IMG/VR virus record: IMGVR_UViG_3300045988_120991 | Location: 101,979 to 165,978 of that record | Reading direction: 5' to 3' (one strand) | DNA length: 64,000 bases | Source of the DNA: a virus | Shown: positions 32,066 through 42,087 of the stretch, piece after piece | Layout of the letters: every line of letters starts with the position of its first letter | How positions within the stretch are numbered: position 1 is the stretch's first letter | Made by a program: the position numbers and the translations under genes | Notes under the pieces: generated by a model | What the model saw: the letters and a program-made list of their open reading frames with translations, nothing else | What the model was told of the DNA's origin: nothing | Database searches by the model: none

Positions 32066-32478
32066 AATCTATTTTTAGACAAGTTAATCTGATCCTCTTT
32101 TAGTTCCTTAATTTTATTGTTGTTATCTACATAAATCTCAAGCTGCTTTGTAGCAAGTTCATTGCTCTGTAGTTCAGGATATGCAGAAGCAAATAGAACT
32201 GCATTCTCAGGTTTCAAAGAGCTATATGTATCAGACTCGTGCTTATAATAATCTTTTACAAGTACATCAAGGCTCTGCTCAATCCTCAAATTCTCTTCTT
32301 CATACATTTCAATCTTGTCATCGAAAGTTCTCCCATGAATAAGAATACCAATATTGATAAAAATGCCTAATAAAGCTATTCCTATAATAATAACTCCGAA
32401 TTCACCAAGGCCATCTTCTGTTGTATGTACATATAATATGATAAGAACAACTCCAATAAGAAAGAATAAAATAAACAT
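32044..32478 (-). CDS. membrane protein, hypothetical
   Basis: Start moved to MFILFFLIGVVLII, with GGAGGT upstream. Two N-terminal TM segments. Confidence 0.55.
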   Translation of the reverse strand: MFILFFLIGVVLIILYVHTTEDGLGEFGVIIIGIALLGIFINIGILIHGRTFDDKIEMYEEENLRIEQSLDVLVKDYYKHESDTYSSLKPENAVLFASAYPELQSNELATKQLEIYVDNNNKIKELKEDQINLSKNRFWLYFGR

Positions 32479-32480
32479 AG

Positions 32481-32882
32481 TTACCTCCAAAACTTCTTCA
32501 TATTAAGCCCACGAAATTGTTCTTGTCCCTTATAAATCTCTCCTTTATACGGAGCTGATTTCCATGTATGACCTTCTGAGTATTTTTTGATGTAATAATT
32601 ACTCTCACCTTCATGATATAGCTTCTCAGCTTCTCTATCTGTCATATAAACCTGAGAGAACACACTGACTCCGTTGCAATAAAGAATATAACCATTTAAG
32701 TTGTTCTTGCACCACGCAAAATAAAGCTCCTTATAACACCAACCGATAATGTTCAAGATAAAAACAGGTACACAAAGAACGAAAACAAAGACATCATCGT
32801 TCTCACCACTTGCCTCATAAATAATAATACCAATAATCTGCCACACTAGAATCCCGATAAGCCCAGCGATAATATAATTCAT
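32481..32882 (-). CDS. membrane protein, hypothetical
   Basis: 133 aa with two hydrophobic N-terminal segments. Confidence 0.55.
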   Translation of the reverse strand: MNYIIAGLIGILVWQIIGIIIYEASGENDDVFVFVLCVPVFILNIIGWCYKELYFAWCKNNLNGYILYCNGVSVFSQVYMTDREAEKLYHEGESNYYIKKYSEGHTWKSAPYKGEIYKGQEQFRGLNMKKFWR

Positions 32883-33073
32883 CTGCTACCACCCCTTCTT
32901 TCAAAGTCAATCAGTGCAGTAATATCTGCAATACTTAGCCCATAATCTTCTGCTACTTGCTTGATTTTATCAATACTAATCTCAAAGTCGTCTTTACACG
33001 ACCATGCCGTGCATCCATCAAAGGAATCGTAGCATTTACAACAATAACATTTCATGTTTTTAATATCACTCAT
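32879..33073 (-). CDS. small Cys-rich protein
   Basis: ORF track, 64 aa. CYCCKCYDSFDGC. Confidence 0.5.
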   Translation of the reverse strand: MSDIKNMKCYCCKCYDSFDGCTAWSCKDDFEISIDKIKQVAEDYGLSIADITALIDFERRGGSR

Positions 33074-33393
33074 TATTTTTCTCCTTTTGCAAACGGATCA
33101 TATTCTGACGGGTCTGCTTTATTTGCCCACTCAACCCATCGTACCGCCTTATCTCTCAGTTCATCATCGAGTAGAAATGGCTCTTGCACAAGAATAAGAC
33201 TTGGATTCTTCTTCATAATATCAGCGTTATCTACGATTTCCTCATAATCAATTGGGAATTGTAACATTTTCGAGTAAACTCGGTCTCCGCGTGAACTAAT
33301 TCTACGAGTAAATGTCTCTTCTCTGAACTTAAACTTCTCTGTTAAGTGTGGATTAAGTGTTAAATCATATTTTACGATATAGCCAATTTTCAT
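33073..33393 (-). CDS. hypothetical protein
   Basis: Start moved to MKIGYIVKYD (TAATG overlap; GGGAGG upstream). Confidence 0.5.
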   Translation of the reverse strand: MKIGYIVKYDLTLNPHLTEKFKFREETFTRRISSRGDRVYSKMLQFPIDYEEIVDNADIMKKNPSLILVQEPFLLDDELRDKAVRWVEWANKADPSEYDPFAKGEK

Positions 33394-33662
33394 TAAATTT
33401 TCCTCCCTAGACAATCAACTTCAATAATGTCGTTGTCAAGTACATCTGTTTCGTAAAGCATCTTTTCCAATGCATGAAGTTCATTGAAATAACGCTCAAG
33501 TTCTTTCTTGAGATTCTTTACTGCTTCTTCTTTTGTCTCTCCATATCCACGGATGTTTGTTATATCAAATTCATGATAATCATCAGCATCATTAAATAAA
33601 TAACAGGTATGTGATTCCCGTTTTTCTTTACCATCATTGTGGTGTGCAATCTTCATTAACAT
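33393..33662 (-). CDS. hypothetical protein
   Basis: ORF track, 89 aa. Confidence 0.5.
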   Translation of the reverse strand: MLMKIAHHNDGKEKRESHTCYLFNDADDYHEFDITNIRGYGETKEEAVKNLKKELERYFNELHALEKMLYETDVLDNDIIEVDCLGRKI

Positions 33663-33683
33663 AATTCATTCTCCTTGGCGATA

Positions 33684-33947
33684 TTATCTATAATACCCTC
33701 CATCCGACGCATCTCTCTTATAACGCTTACAACCTACTGGGTTGCCATGGCATCCAACTTCGTATACACACTTGCTGCAATCTCTTGTGAATGGAACTTT
33801 GTCTCCAAGTGCAACGTCTTTAACGTCCACAAATTGCTCTGCATGTTTACACGTGGCTTTTTCTATAACTTCTGGATGTTCGTGTATATATTCATCAAAC
33901 TTCTTAACGGCATCTACAAATGCCTGATATTGTTCTGGTGTCAGCAT
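33684..33947 (-). CDS. hypothetical Cys-containing protein
   Basis: ORF track, 87 aa. Confidence 0.5.
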   Translation of the reverse strand: MLTPEQYQAFVDAVKKFDEYIHEHPEVIEKATCKHAEQFVDVKDVALGDKVPFTRDCSKCVYEVGCHGNPVGCKRYKRDASDGGYYR

Positions 33948-33952
33948 AATTA

Positions 33953-34111
33953 CTACACTACCCTCTTTCTAAACAAGTCAAATTTTCGGAAGAACTTTCC
34001 CCATGGTAAGCAACACCAATATGTTACTCTATACCTACCATTTGAAGTAGTCTCGTAATAATGCCAAAAGCCGAAAAACGAATAAATCTTTTGCCATAGT
34101 GTCTTTTTCAT
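33953..34111 (-). CDS. small aromatic/basic protein (52 aa)
   Basis: Hand-translated MKKTLWQKIYSFFGFWHYYE.... GAGGAG RBS. Confidence 0.35.
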   Translation of the reverse strand: MKKTLWQKIYSFFGFWHYYETTSNGRYRVTYWCCLPWGKFFRKFDLFRKRVV

Positions 34112-34116
34112 CTTAT

Positions 34117-34362
34117 TTACTCCTCGCCTTCCTCATCTTCCTTTGCTGGTTTTCCATGAATCCCAAATAGCTTACCATCCCACAGACAATCTCGTGCTTG
34201 ATTAGCCATTTCAACCAATTCAGCAACAAGATTTTTCAAATCCTCAACAGAACGACACCCATCATAATCACAACCAATTGCCCAAATATCAAATAACAAC
34301 TCGTCCACACAGTCTGGAGAACACATCTTACAATTAGTTTGTTTATCAATCCAATACTTCAA
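34117..34362 (-). CDS. hypothetical protein
   Basis: ORF track, 81 aa. Confidence 0.5.
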   Translation of the reverse strand: MKYWIDKQTNCKMCSPDCVDELLFDIWAIGCDYDGCRSVEDLKNLVAELVEMANQARDCLWDGKLFGIHGKPAKEDEEGEE

Positions 34363-34540
34363 AATTTATTCTCCTTTTATCACAAATAATAAAATTCGGC
34401 TTAGCTTTGGGAGTATAATGAAATGCTAACTGTGCCAGACTCAAATCTAACTCACAAAATGTACCTTGCCAATGAGGACAATCTGTATCAGGAGCAGTAC
34501 AGTATCCATGTCCGTGGTCACAAAAAGGAATATTAATCAA
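34346..34540 (-). CDS. hypothetical Cys/His-rich protein
   Basis: ORF track, 64 aa. Confidence 0.45.
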   Translation of the reverse strand: MINIPFCDHGHGYCTAPDTDCPHWQGTFCELDLSLAQLAFHYTPKAKPNFIICDKRRINFEVLD

Positions 34541-34743
34541 AATACCGCCTCCTCATAATTCATACACCAAAAGTCCTCACAATAGCTACATCCTCTCACT
34601 AATTGTGTGTGCTCTTTATCCAAGTGTAATTTACAAAAAATAGGGCTACCTATAACTTTACCACTTTCAAATTCAATCACTTCATGAACTACATAGTTAC
34701 AATAATCGCAACAAGGGATACATTCTTCACTACATTTCCTCAT
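34537..34743 (-). CDS. Cys-rich small protein
   Basis: ORF track, 68 aa. CSEECIPCCDYCNY...CKLH...CSYCEDFWC. Confidence 0.5.
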   Translation of the reverse strand: MRKCSEECIPCCDYCNYVVHEVIEFESGKVIGSPIFCKLHLDKEHTQLVRGCSYCEDFWCMNYEEAVF

Positions 34744-35231
34744 AGTCTCCTCCCAATTTCATTCGTAATTCTTTCGGCCTCTCTAATTTCTTTCTCTGCT
34801 TGCTTACGGATACTGTCGATGTCCTTCTGAACAAGTTCAAGCATCCCTCTCATATCTTCGTTGTGCTTATACTTCTTCTTTACCTTTTGTTTATGTTTAT
34901 CCCAATAATAAAATCTGATATATGAGAATAATTTAAATTTGATTTTATATTTGTTTCTAAACTGTACACCATATTGACAATACATATTATATTCATTATA
35001 TTCTTCTTTAATATTTAAAGAACATGGTTCTCCATTATTGTATTCTATTTCATATCTGTCTGGATTTAAATTATAAAAATCTATAAAATCTTTGAAGGAT
35101 AAAAATATTTCACTTTTGCCATCGCCATAACCACTCTGATTGAAATAGTTTTGCTTTATAACAAGCATCAATACAAAAATAGCAATACCAATAATTGTGA
35201 AAAATATTAAACAAAAAATAGGAAATGTCAT
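34740..35231 (-). CDS. membrane-anchored hypothetical protein
   Basis: 163 aa with an N-terminal TM segment. Confidence 0.55.
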   Translation of the reverse strand: MTFPIFCLIFFTIIGIAIFVLMLVIKQNYFNQSGYGDGKSEIFLSFKDFIDFYNLNPDRYEIEYNNGEPCSLNIKEEYNEYNMYCQYGVQFRNKYKIKFKLFSYIRFYYWDKHKQKVKKKYKHNEDMRGMLELVQKDIDSIRKQAEKEIREAERITNEIGRRL

Positions 35232-35845
35232 AACTCCTCCTCTAACTCCGTTTCGTTTTTTATGTTTTCTGCTAATATATTTTCAAAAACCTCCTTGCCC
35301 TCGTCAGAGGGATTTATATTATATTTTTCAAAAAGATGGAGCTGAGGAGCAAACTCTCCGTAGTATTTTGCTTCTGCTTTAAGACGAGTAATAATTGCAT
35401 CCTCTTTATTTATGAAACACCCCAATTGAACCTGATTTTTATTAATTGAAATGTATACGCGCCAATAGTTTTGCTTCTTGTCATAACAGACACCAACAAC
35501 ACCAGAATTATTTCTATTTGTTTTCTTTCTATTTTGACTTTGTTGCTCTTGTGTAGCTTTTCTTAAATTGCTTTTTCTATTATTCATAGGGTCCCTATCC
35601 TTATGGTCGTATTCTTTCCCCACAATTAACCAATGCATCCATATCATTTGTTCTAAATTAGAATCCCATGCTCTTAATTCATGATAACCATTTCTCCATC
35701 TATCACTCCATGTATAATCTTTTATTTTATCATAATCCTCTGGATCAAAATAAAACGGATTTCCAGTATTTCTACAATATCCTACACCTGGAATATTTTC
35801 GTCATATTTATTTCCTTGTTTTTTCTTTATTTGTTTATCTTCCAT
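35228..35845 (-). CDS. HNH homing endonuclease with AP2 DNA-binding domain
   Basis: WMHWLIVGKEYDHKDRDPMNNRKSNLR (HNH) followed by SGVVGVCYDKKQNYWRVYISINKNQVQLGCF...AEAKYYGEFA (AP2-like). Confidence 0.7.
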   Translation of the reverse strand: MEDKQIKKKQGNKYDENIPGVGYCRNTGNPFYFDPEDYDKIKDYTWSDRWRNGYHELRAWDSNLEQMIWMHWLIVGKEYDHKDRDPMNNRKSNLRKATQEQQSQNRKKTNRNNSGVVGVCYDKKQNYWRVYISINKNQVQLGCFINKEDAIITRLKAEAKYYGEFAPQLHLFEKYNINPSDEGKEVFENILAENIKNETELEEEL

Positions 35846-35907
35846 AATCCATTATTGAGTAAGAATTCTTTTATGGTATTTTTTAATTTCCTACATTCTC
35901 CTTTTCA

Positions 35908-36960
35908 TTAAATTTCATCTTCTGCTAATTCTTCCTCTAATTCGTTGATATCTTGAATTTCATTATTTAATATATAATAAAAATTATCTTTTCCTCCGTC
36001 TGTTGGAGATTCCTTTTCACCTATTGACAAAGAATTCCTCCAGTCAAACCAAGTAATTTTAAATTTCCTCATAGTTGCTAACGATTTTAATGTTTGTGCA
36101 TTTTTATATGTAATTTCTGGATCAAGTCCTTCATCGAGCATAAAACAATACTCTTTTGCATTTAAACTTAATAATTCTTTAGCTTGGTTTTCGCTTAATA
36201 TGTTGCCCATAATACTTACAGCATTTTGATAACCATAAGAATCTGCTGCAATTACACTTTTTTCTGCTTCAAATATAAATATTTTATCTGAACCATATAG
36301 CCAAGGATAGTTCTGATAAGCACCATAAAGTATTAAGCTTTTTTGACATGGATATTCAAAAATATATTTTGGATCATCTTCATTATCCGTATCATAATTT
36401 CTCCTGCACTTTGTCCCACACAAATCACCAAATGTATTCCTAATAGGTATGACTATTCTATCTGTTTCAACATTATACATAATTTCAAAACGACGTTGAC
36501 TTTCTAACGATAAATGGTCTTTTAGAAATCTTGTGTTGCCTACTTTTAGATAATTATTTAAAATTGATTCGTTATACACTTTTGGTTGAGGTTTTGTCTT
36601 ATTAATTATTCTAGAGAATACACCTCCAAATATTTCTCTTTTATTACTTTGTGGCCTCCAATCGTCTGACAAATGAAGAATCTTCTTGATAGCTGTAAGT
36701 ACAGTTCTAAAGTCTGTATGCTTTTCTTTAATAATATATGAAACAATATCACAATGCTCAGACCTTGCGTAGTCTGTTACATTGAGATAGTCATTATTCT
36801 CAAGCCTTATACGAATGTTCTGTCCGCCTTCACTGTTTCTAGCAAAGCGAATTTCATTTCTTTTAAGTGTGATATGCTCAAACTCGAACTCTTCAAGGAG
36901 GGCGTGAATGCTTTCTGGATTTTCTAATAGTTGTTTTTTTAGTTCTTGAATCACATTCAC
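35908..36960 (-). CDS. DNA primase (Toprim-type), putative
   Basis: 350 aa directly upstream of the DnaB-like helicase. IFIFEAEKSVIAADSYG resembles the Toprim E-motif and LDEGLD the DxD. This call rests partly on gene context. Confidence 0.55.
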   Translation of the reverse strand: MNVIQELKKQLLENPESIHALLEEFEFEHITLKRNEIRFARNSEGGQNIRIRLENNDYLNVTDYARSEHCDIVSYIIKEKHTDFRTVLTAIKKILHLSDDWRPQSNKREIFGGVFSRIINKTKPQPKVYNESILNNYLKVGNTRFLKDHLSLESQRRFEIMYNVETDRIVIPIRNTFGDLCGTKCRRNYDTDNEDDPKYIFEYPCQKSLILYGAYQNYPWLYGSDKIFIFEAEKSVIAADSYGYQNAVSIMGNILSENQAKELLSLNAKEYCFMLDEGLDPEITYKNAQTLKSLATMRKFKITWFDWRNSLSIGEKESPTDGGKDNFYYILNNEIQDINELEEELAEDEI

Positions 36961-36973
36961 ACCACTCCTTTCG

Positions 36974-37017
36974 TTAATTTTGTATTGTAATTATATCATA
37001 AAATTTGGATTTGTCAA
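36974..37017 (-). promoter_or_regulatory. sigma-70-type promoter plus conserved leader
   Basis: Minus strand reads TTGACA-N16-TATAAT-t-ACAATACAAAATTAA-CGAAAGGAG. Confidence 0.65.
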
Positions 37018-37059
37018 GAGGAAGATGCTTATTTATATTTTATTTATTCACTAGGTCTA

Positions 37060-38628
37060 TTAATTTGAGCCAATAAACCCATGCTTCGGTTTGCCCCAGC
37101 AACATTCACTAAATGTAGCATATCTACCGTTAAACCTAAACATCAATGCAGAACCAGAAGATGTAGAGTTTTCTGAATTTCTACTTTTTGCCAAGAAGCA
37201 GAATTTCCATGGATACTTTGGGTCGCACAAATAATCTTTTGTTACAGAATTTCCGTTTTCGTCTCTTACAATTTGATATGGATGACAAAAATATTTTGAA
37301 GATTGGTCAAGCTCATCCTTATATACATCTCTAATACAGAGTAATGTATCAAGTTGTTCTACCATTCCTTTTGCGCCTGATAACATATTAGAGTCTAGGA
37401 ATAAGGCTCCCTTTTGGCTTTGTGCTAACTGGACAGAAGCGCACATAATCAGGTTAAATTTCTTTGCCAGGATGTCAAGATCGCGGCTATACTGTACAAG
37501 TTCTTCCCATGCTGCTAAATTACCATCTCTCTTATTGCTATCAGAAATCTTTAGTGTGTCGAAAATAACCATAGAATACCCATACTGCAATGCATAGAAT
37601 CTGATCTTTGACTTTACTACGTCAAATGAATTTTCAGAGAGTTGAATAAAATGCATTCTTCCTTTATAATGCTCGTTGAAATAATCCTTTGCCTTTTGAA
37701 GCATCCTTTTATTTTCGTCTGTTAATTTACCAGCCATAAGACTCGACTTTGTGATACCATACTCTTTAAAATGTTTGTATAGAATGAACAGTATCATGTT
37801 GATCTTCCAAACTTTTGATGATTGCTCATTACACAAAATCAATATCTTTTCTTGAAGTGCCATAGACATGGCAATTGAACACCACATTGCAGTTTTACCA
37901 CTTGACGAAAACCCAGCAATATAGTGTGACGCTTGTCGAGTGAATCCCAATGTCAAAGAGGAAAGATAAGGAAAGACGTTCATGTTGTCCCCATTTATAT
38001 CTTTTCCTGCGTATGCGTATGGAGTTCCGTACTCTTCTGCATTTTCCAACGACTCTAGAAATTCATCCGTAATTTCAATATCTACATCTTCAAGCAACTT
38101 TACATCGTAACCGCCAACATACATTTTGTTAAGCTGCGTTTCATACCACTCCACAAGTTCTGTTGATGTAAGATTTTTAGAAAATTCGAGTGGTGTCATT
38201 TCTTTTTTACCAATTTGAATCTTCTTTGTAAGATTAAATCCAGCATCATATAGGCGTAAAATTGTATTATATCTATAAAGTTCATCTAGAATGCTATCTT
38301 TATTCTTCAATGAAACAACGCTTGCCATATTATCAATTGCCTTATACCCTCCACGTTCATTGAACTTTTCTAGTGCTTCTTCAGATAAATTACTAATTAC
38401 TGCAACTTCATCAAACTCGTTCAAATTTTTCGAACGAAGATGTTTTTCTACACCGAAATAAAAGCGCCCATCTTTACTGAAAAAGTCTGCCGATGATAAT
38501 GAAATTTCATCTAGAATAAGTGGGTCTTGCCACAGGACACCAATTACAGATGCTTCTGCATTGATACGTCCTTCTAGTAGTTCTTTTGGATATTTGTCTT
38601 CTACACCTCTTAACCAAACATCATTCAT
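37060..38628 (-). CDS. dnaB: replicative DNA helicase (DnaB-like)
   Basis: 522 aa. N-terminal EASVIGVLWQDPLIL is typical of DnaB. Walker A is GFSSSGKTAM. RecA-like C-terminal domain. Confidence 0.75.
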   Translation of the reverse strand: MNDVWLRGVEDKYPKELLEGRINAEASVIGVLWQDPLILDEISLSSADFFSKDGRFYFGVEKHLRSKNLNEFDEVAVISNLSEEALEKFNERGGYKAIDNMASVVSLKNKDSILDELYRYNTILRLYDAGFNLTKKIQIGKKEMTPLEFSKNLTSTELVEWYETQLNKMYVGGYDVKLLEDVDIEITDEFLESLENAEEYGTPYAYAGKDINGDNMNVFPYLSSLTLGFTRQASHYIAGFSSSGKTAMWCSIAMSMALQEKILILCNEQSSKVWKINMILFILYKHFKEYGITKSSLMAGKLTDENKRMLQKAKDYFNEHYKGRMHFIQLSENSFDVVKSKIRFYALQYGYSMVIFDTLKISDSNKRDGNLAAWEELVQYSRDLDILAKKFNLIMCASVQLAQSQKGALFLDSNMLSGAKGMVEQLDTLLCIRDVYKDELDQSSKYFCHPYQIVRDENGNSVTKDYLCDPKYPWKFCFLAKSRNSENSTSSGSALMFRFNGRYATFSECCWGKPKHGFIGSN

Positions 38629-39185
38629 AGATCATCCTCCAATTCCGCAAATGATTTTCGTACCTTTTTATTCTCCCTTACTGGCTCGAATAATACAAAA
38701 GAAGATTCCTTTGGTATAGCATTGTCAACAACTGGAGGCTGTCCTCTATAATCATGTAGCTTCGATGACACAATAACACTATAATAGCGCACACGATTAA
38801 AGTCATTTGAAAATTCCTTTCGTGCTAATATGGAAGATAAGAAATCTTCATTCTCTTTGAGATAGCTTAAAATCTTCTTTCTGTCCGCAAGCTTCTCCCA
38901 ATTCTTTACTTCTCTTTTCAGTATTCCATAGCCTTGAAACTCATACCCGAAGATAGTTTTTGTTTCTTCAAAAATTTCATCGTACTCTGCCTTTTCTTTC
39001 ACATATTCTTCCCTCTCTTGCTTATTTGCAAGTCTCTCAATCTCTTTCACTTTCTTTTCTGCGTTTGCTTTGTCATAGCATTCTTGATTACAATAATATG
39101 TATTATATTTCTCTCCTGGAATTTGAAGAGCATCTTTCTTTTCTATTTTAGACTTACAGTATCTGCAAGTTACTCTCATTCCCAT
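38625..39185 (-). CDS. hypothetical protein with N-terminal zinc ribbon
   Basis: 186 aa. CRYCKS...CNQEC. Confidence 0.55.
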   Translation of the reverse strand: MGMRVTCRYCKSKIEKKDALQIPGEKYNTYYCNQECYDKANAEKKVKEIERLANKQEREEYVKEKAEYDEIFEETKTIFGYEFQGYGILKREVKNWEKLADRKKILSYLKENEDFLSSILARKEFSNDFNRVRYYSVIVSSKLHDYRGQPPVVDNAIPKESSFVLFEPVRENKKVRKSFAELEDDL

Positions 39186-39232
39186 AGTCTACCTCCAAAA
39201 AAATAAGGGGAAGGTTGCCCTCCCCCTGTTTG

Positions 39233-40435
39233 TTAAGCTAGGGCTTCTAGAATTGCCTTTAGAGTCTTCTCATCATGTACGTCTGCAAGCTTTGCACCAT
39301 TTAGAATTCCCTTAATAATCTTCTTGGTTTCTGCATCTGCTACCTTGAATGCAGGTCTGATAGTTGCTTTGGCTGCGTCCTCATCAAAAGTCTCTGTATC
39401 GCCTTCGTTATCTTCATCGAAAAGATCCGTGTCATCATCGTCCCAAGGAGCAGCTTCTGCTTCATCTGACTGAACTGGAGTAGCATCAATCTCTTCGTCT
39501 TCCTCAACGACAGGCTCCTCAACCTTTGCCTTCTTGGTAATCTTCTTAGCAGTCTTCTTGACTAAAACCTCTACATCACCAGAAGAAGCGTTGCAAGTCT
39601 TACTCTTTTCCATACCATCCTCGATAACCTTGATAAAATCCTTTGCCATATTTGGCTTGTCAAATACTAGATACTCAGGCACTGCACCAAAAGCAAATCT
39701 GCCACCAGCATCAATTTCAGGGGTGCCGCGGAAATAAAGCTTACGAATAGAATCAGTTGCATATCTCTTAGCATCGCTTCCCTCTCCAACAGTCTCAATA
39801 TTACGGTCAATCATACCAGTAACAACGACATCAAAGATGTCGCCTAGAGCCGCTTCATATGCGGCAGATAGATTGCTTGTTAGCTGCATATAGCCCTCGC
39901 TGTCTACATTTGCCTTATCCTTAATATTCTTATACTTCGAATGGCCTAGAACCCAAACCTGAATACCCGCCTTGCGAATCTTATCAAAATAGTTCTTCAT
40001 AAGAGTGGCGGAATACTGTTCTCCTGCAGTATAGCCCCCCATAGCCGCCTTCACAGATTTTACCGTCTTCTGAGGATTCTCAATATTGTGCTGACGGATA
40101 GTTTCCTTATCAAACAGGGGAACAAGTTCATCGGCAACATCGAAACCAACAATTTCAATGTGATGCTCAGTTCCCTTGCCCTCAATCAGCCACTTTTGGA
40201 ACTCAATAAGATCCTTGTAAGTATCTAGATGAAGAGTGTTTAGGTTATCTAGCAGCTCATCACCGTGCTCCATGCCAATTTCTGCAAGGCATCCATAGGT
40301 TGGGTCTCCATACTTCTCCATAATTACGTCTCTAAATAGAGTGGACTTTCCGAATTTCTTTACTGAACGAATATAAATACTTACATTCTTTAGATCTGGT
40401 TTAATAGTCTTTACAGTAGGTTTTACAAATGCCAT
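39233..40435 (-). CDS. RecA-like P-loop ATPase (AAA_24 / Sak4-like) with acidic C-terminal extension
   Basis: Start moved to MAFVKPTVKT, with AAGGAG upstream. P-loop-like KKFGKSTL. Long Asp/Glu-rich tail. Confidence 0.6.
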   Translation of the reverse strand: MAFVKPTVKTIKPDLKNVSIYIRSVKKFGKSTLFRDVIMEKYGDPTYGCLAEIGMEHGDELLDNLNTLHLDTYKDLIEFQKWLIEGKGTEHHIEIVGFDVADELVPLFDKETIRQHNIENPQKTVKSVKAAMGGYTAGEQYSATLMKNYFDKIRKAGIQVWVLGHSKYKNIKDKANVDSEGYMQLTSNLSAAYEAALGDIFDVVVTGMIDRNIETVGEGSDAKRYATDSIRKLYFRGTPEIDAGGRFAFGAVPEYLVFDKPNMAKDFIKVIEDGMEKSKTCNASSGDVEVLVKKTAKKITKKAKVEEPVVEEDEEIDATPVQSDEAEAAPWDDDDTDLFDEDNEGDTETFDEDAAKATIRPAFKVADAETKKIIKGILNGAKLADVHDEKTLKAILEALA

Positions 40436-40436
40436 A

Positions 40437-40814
40437 TTAATTATCTCCTTCATTAATTAAAATTTTTTCATAATTTTCTTTATACATGAAAATATATCCA
40501 TGAGAATATTTATGACGACCAGAACAACATTCACCAATACTAGATTTAGAAAATCCAGTTTGATTTGAAGCTTCTGATATGCTTGAATACTCCTTAATAT
40601 ATTTATTATCTTTTGTTAATTGCACAACTAATCTTTCTCTATGTGATTTATATTTATATACAATAGATGGATCGTATTCGTCTTCGTATAACCACATAAA
40701 ACCACCGGATGATATTTTTATATGTCTCACACAGGCACTAATTTGCTGATATCTAACTCCGGTACACTTTTCTGCTTCTTTTAATGAATTATATGTTTGT
40801 AAATATTCTCCATT
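40437..40814 (-). pseudogene. remnant of a homing-endonuclease DNA-binding region (two NUMOD/IENR-like repeats, no catalytic domain, no in-frame ATG)
   Basis: The frame reads NGEYLQTYNSLKEAEKCTGVRYQQISACV...GGFMWLYEDEYD...VVQLTKDNKYIKEYSSISEASNQTGFSKSSIGEC...GYIFMYKE, matching the repeats of 28240-29529. The only nearby ATG is out of frame and stops after 10 codons. Confidence 0.5.
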
Positions 40815-40856
40815 TTATTATCTCTAAATTCACCTCCATTAATTTTGTATTATAAA

Positions 40857-40874
40857 GGGAGAAATTAATCTCCC
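40857..40874 (-). terminator. hairpin directly after the SSB-like gene (terminator-like)
   Basis: Minus strand reads GGGAGA-TTAATT-TCTCCC followed by TTTATAAT. Confidence 0.4.
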
Positions 40875-42050
40875 TTATAGATCATCATCAAACAAATCCA
40901 CATCTTCTGTATCTTCTTTGACATCGGCTCTAGCAGGATGCATATCGTCTGTAGTATAACTTGTATCTTCAACATTCTTTTTTCTTGCATTTAGACCCTT
41001 GAAACGAATCTCGGAAATTCTTTCTCCTGCCTTTTGTCCACCCATTGCTGCCGCTAACTCTTCTACTGTCACTAGCCCACAGTCCACATCCTCTTTATCT
41101 TCATCACTCAAATCTTCATAAGTAATTGCAGACATACTCGCACCTTGAATTACTTCTCCTACAAGACCAATGTTCTTAATTTCATCGTCATCTGCAACGA
41201 GCTTCTTCTTCATCACTTTTAGCTTCTTTTCATCACGAACAACAAATGTAATAGGTGTAAAGCCGTTTTTCTTCATCATACCATCCCAATATGTGGTATA
41301 CCCATTGATAAATCCCTTGCCAGTTTCATCAAAGTCTGAATCATCTACTGCGTTAGCTCCAAAATAAAAATCTACAGAAAGATCTGTGGCTTCATCAATA
41401 CCATCTTTTGCAATATCAACACGGTTCACATGATAATTTACATAGAAACGACCCTTTTCTGCATTATACTGCACCTCCTGATAGCCAGAAATACGGAACA
41501 CAGTATCCTTAATTTTAGGGGAAGAAACTACCTTAGTCATAAACTCGGCAAAATCCCACTCACTCAAGAACACATGGCGTCTCTTGTTACTCTTATCAAG
41601 AGCTTCCTTTACCTCTTCAAGATTATTACATCCTGTCTTGGCAATTAATTCATCAGTAATCTCATCATTTTCAAATGCCTTTACTGCATCTTGTAGTGCA
41701 TAACGCATCTGAGCATCCCCAAGATCTACAACAAATTTACGATAGCCCGCAACTTTTTCGATTTCCTTTTCATCAAATCTCTTTGACCAGGGAATGTCAA
41801 TCTTTTCTCCCTTGGTAACAGAACCGTCCTCATTAGTTACAGTTTTTGCAATTGTCTTTACAACATTTTTTTTGTCATCATTCCATTTTCCACCTTGTGC
41901 TACACACATCACACGATTAGTTCTAGAAATGCAGTTAAATCTAACTGTAGTCATAGACCAGCCTGAATCAAAAGTCTTTTTCTCTACTGGATGAAATGAG
42001 TTCGAATCCTTAATGCTTTGAATTTTCCCGATAAATGTAAATTGATTCAT
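40875..42050 (-). CDS. single-stranded DNA-binding protein-like (OB-fold N-terminus, acidic tail)
   Basis: 391 aa. The N-terminal FTFIGKIQSIKD...TTVRFN pattern and the C-terminal DVDLFDDDL tail are typical of SSB. Sits in the replication module. Confidence 0.5.
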   Translation of the reverse strand: MNQFTFIGKIQSIKDSNSFHPVEKKTFDSGWSMTTVRFNCISRTNRVMCVAQGGKWNDDKKNVVKTIAKTVTNEDGSVTKGEKIDIPWSKRFDEKEIEKVAGYRKFVVDLGDAQMRYALQDAVKAFENDEITDELIAKTGCNNLEEVKEALDKSNKRRHVFLSEWDFAEFMTKVVSSPKIKDTVFRISGYQEVQYNAEKGRFYVNYHVNRVDIAKDGIDEATDLSVDFYFGANAVDDSDFDETGKGFINGYTTYWDGMMKKNGFTPITFVVRDEKKLKVMKKKLVADDDEIKNIGLVGEVIQGASMSAITYEDLSDEDKEDVDCGLVTVEELAAAMGGQKAGERISEIRFKGLNARKKNVEDTSYTTDDMHPARADVKEDTEDVDLFDDDL

Positions 42051-42087
42051 TATTATATTTCCTTTCTTTCATTAATTTTGTACTGTA

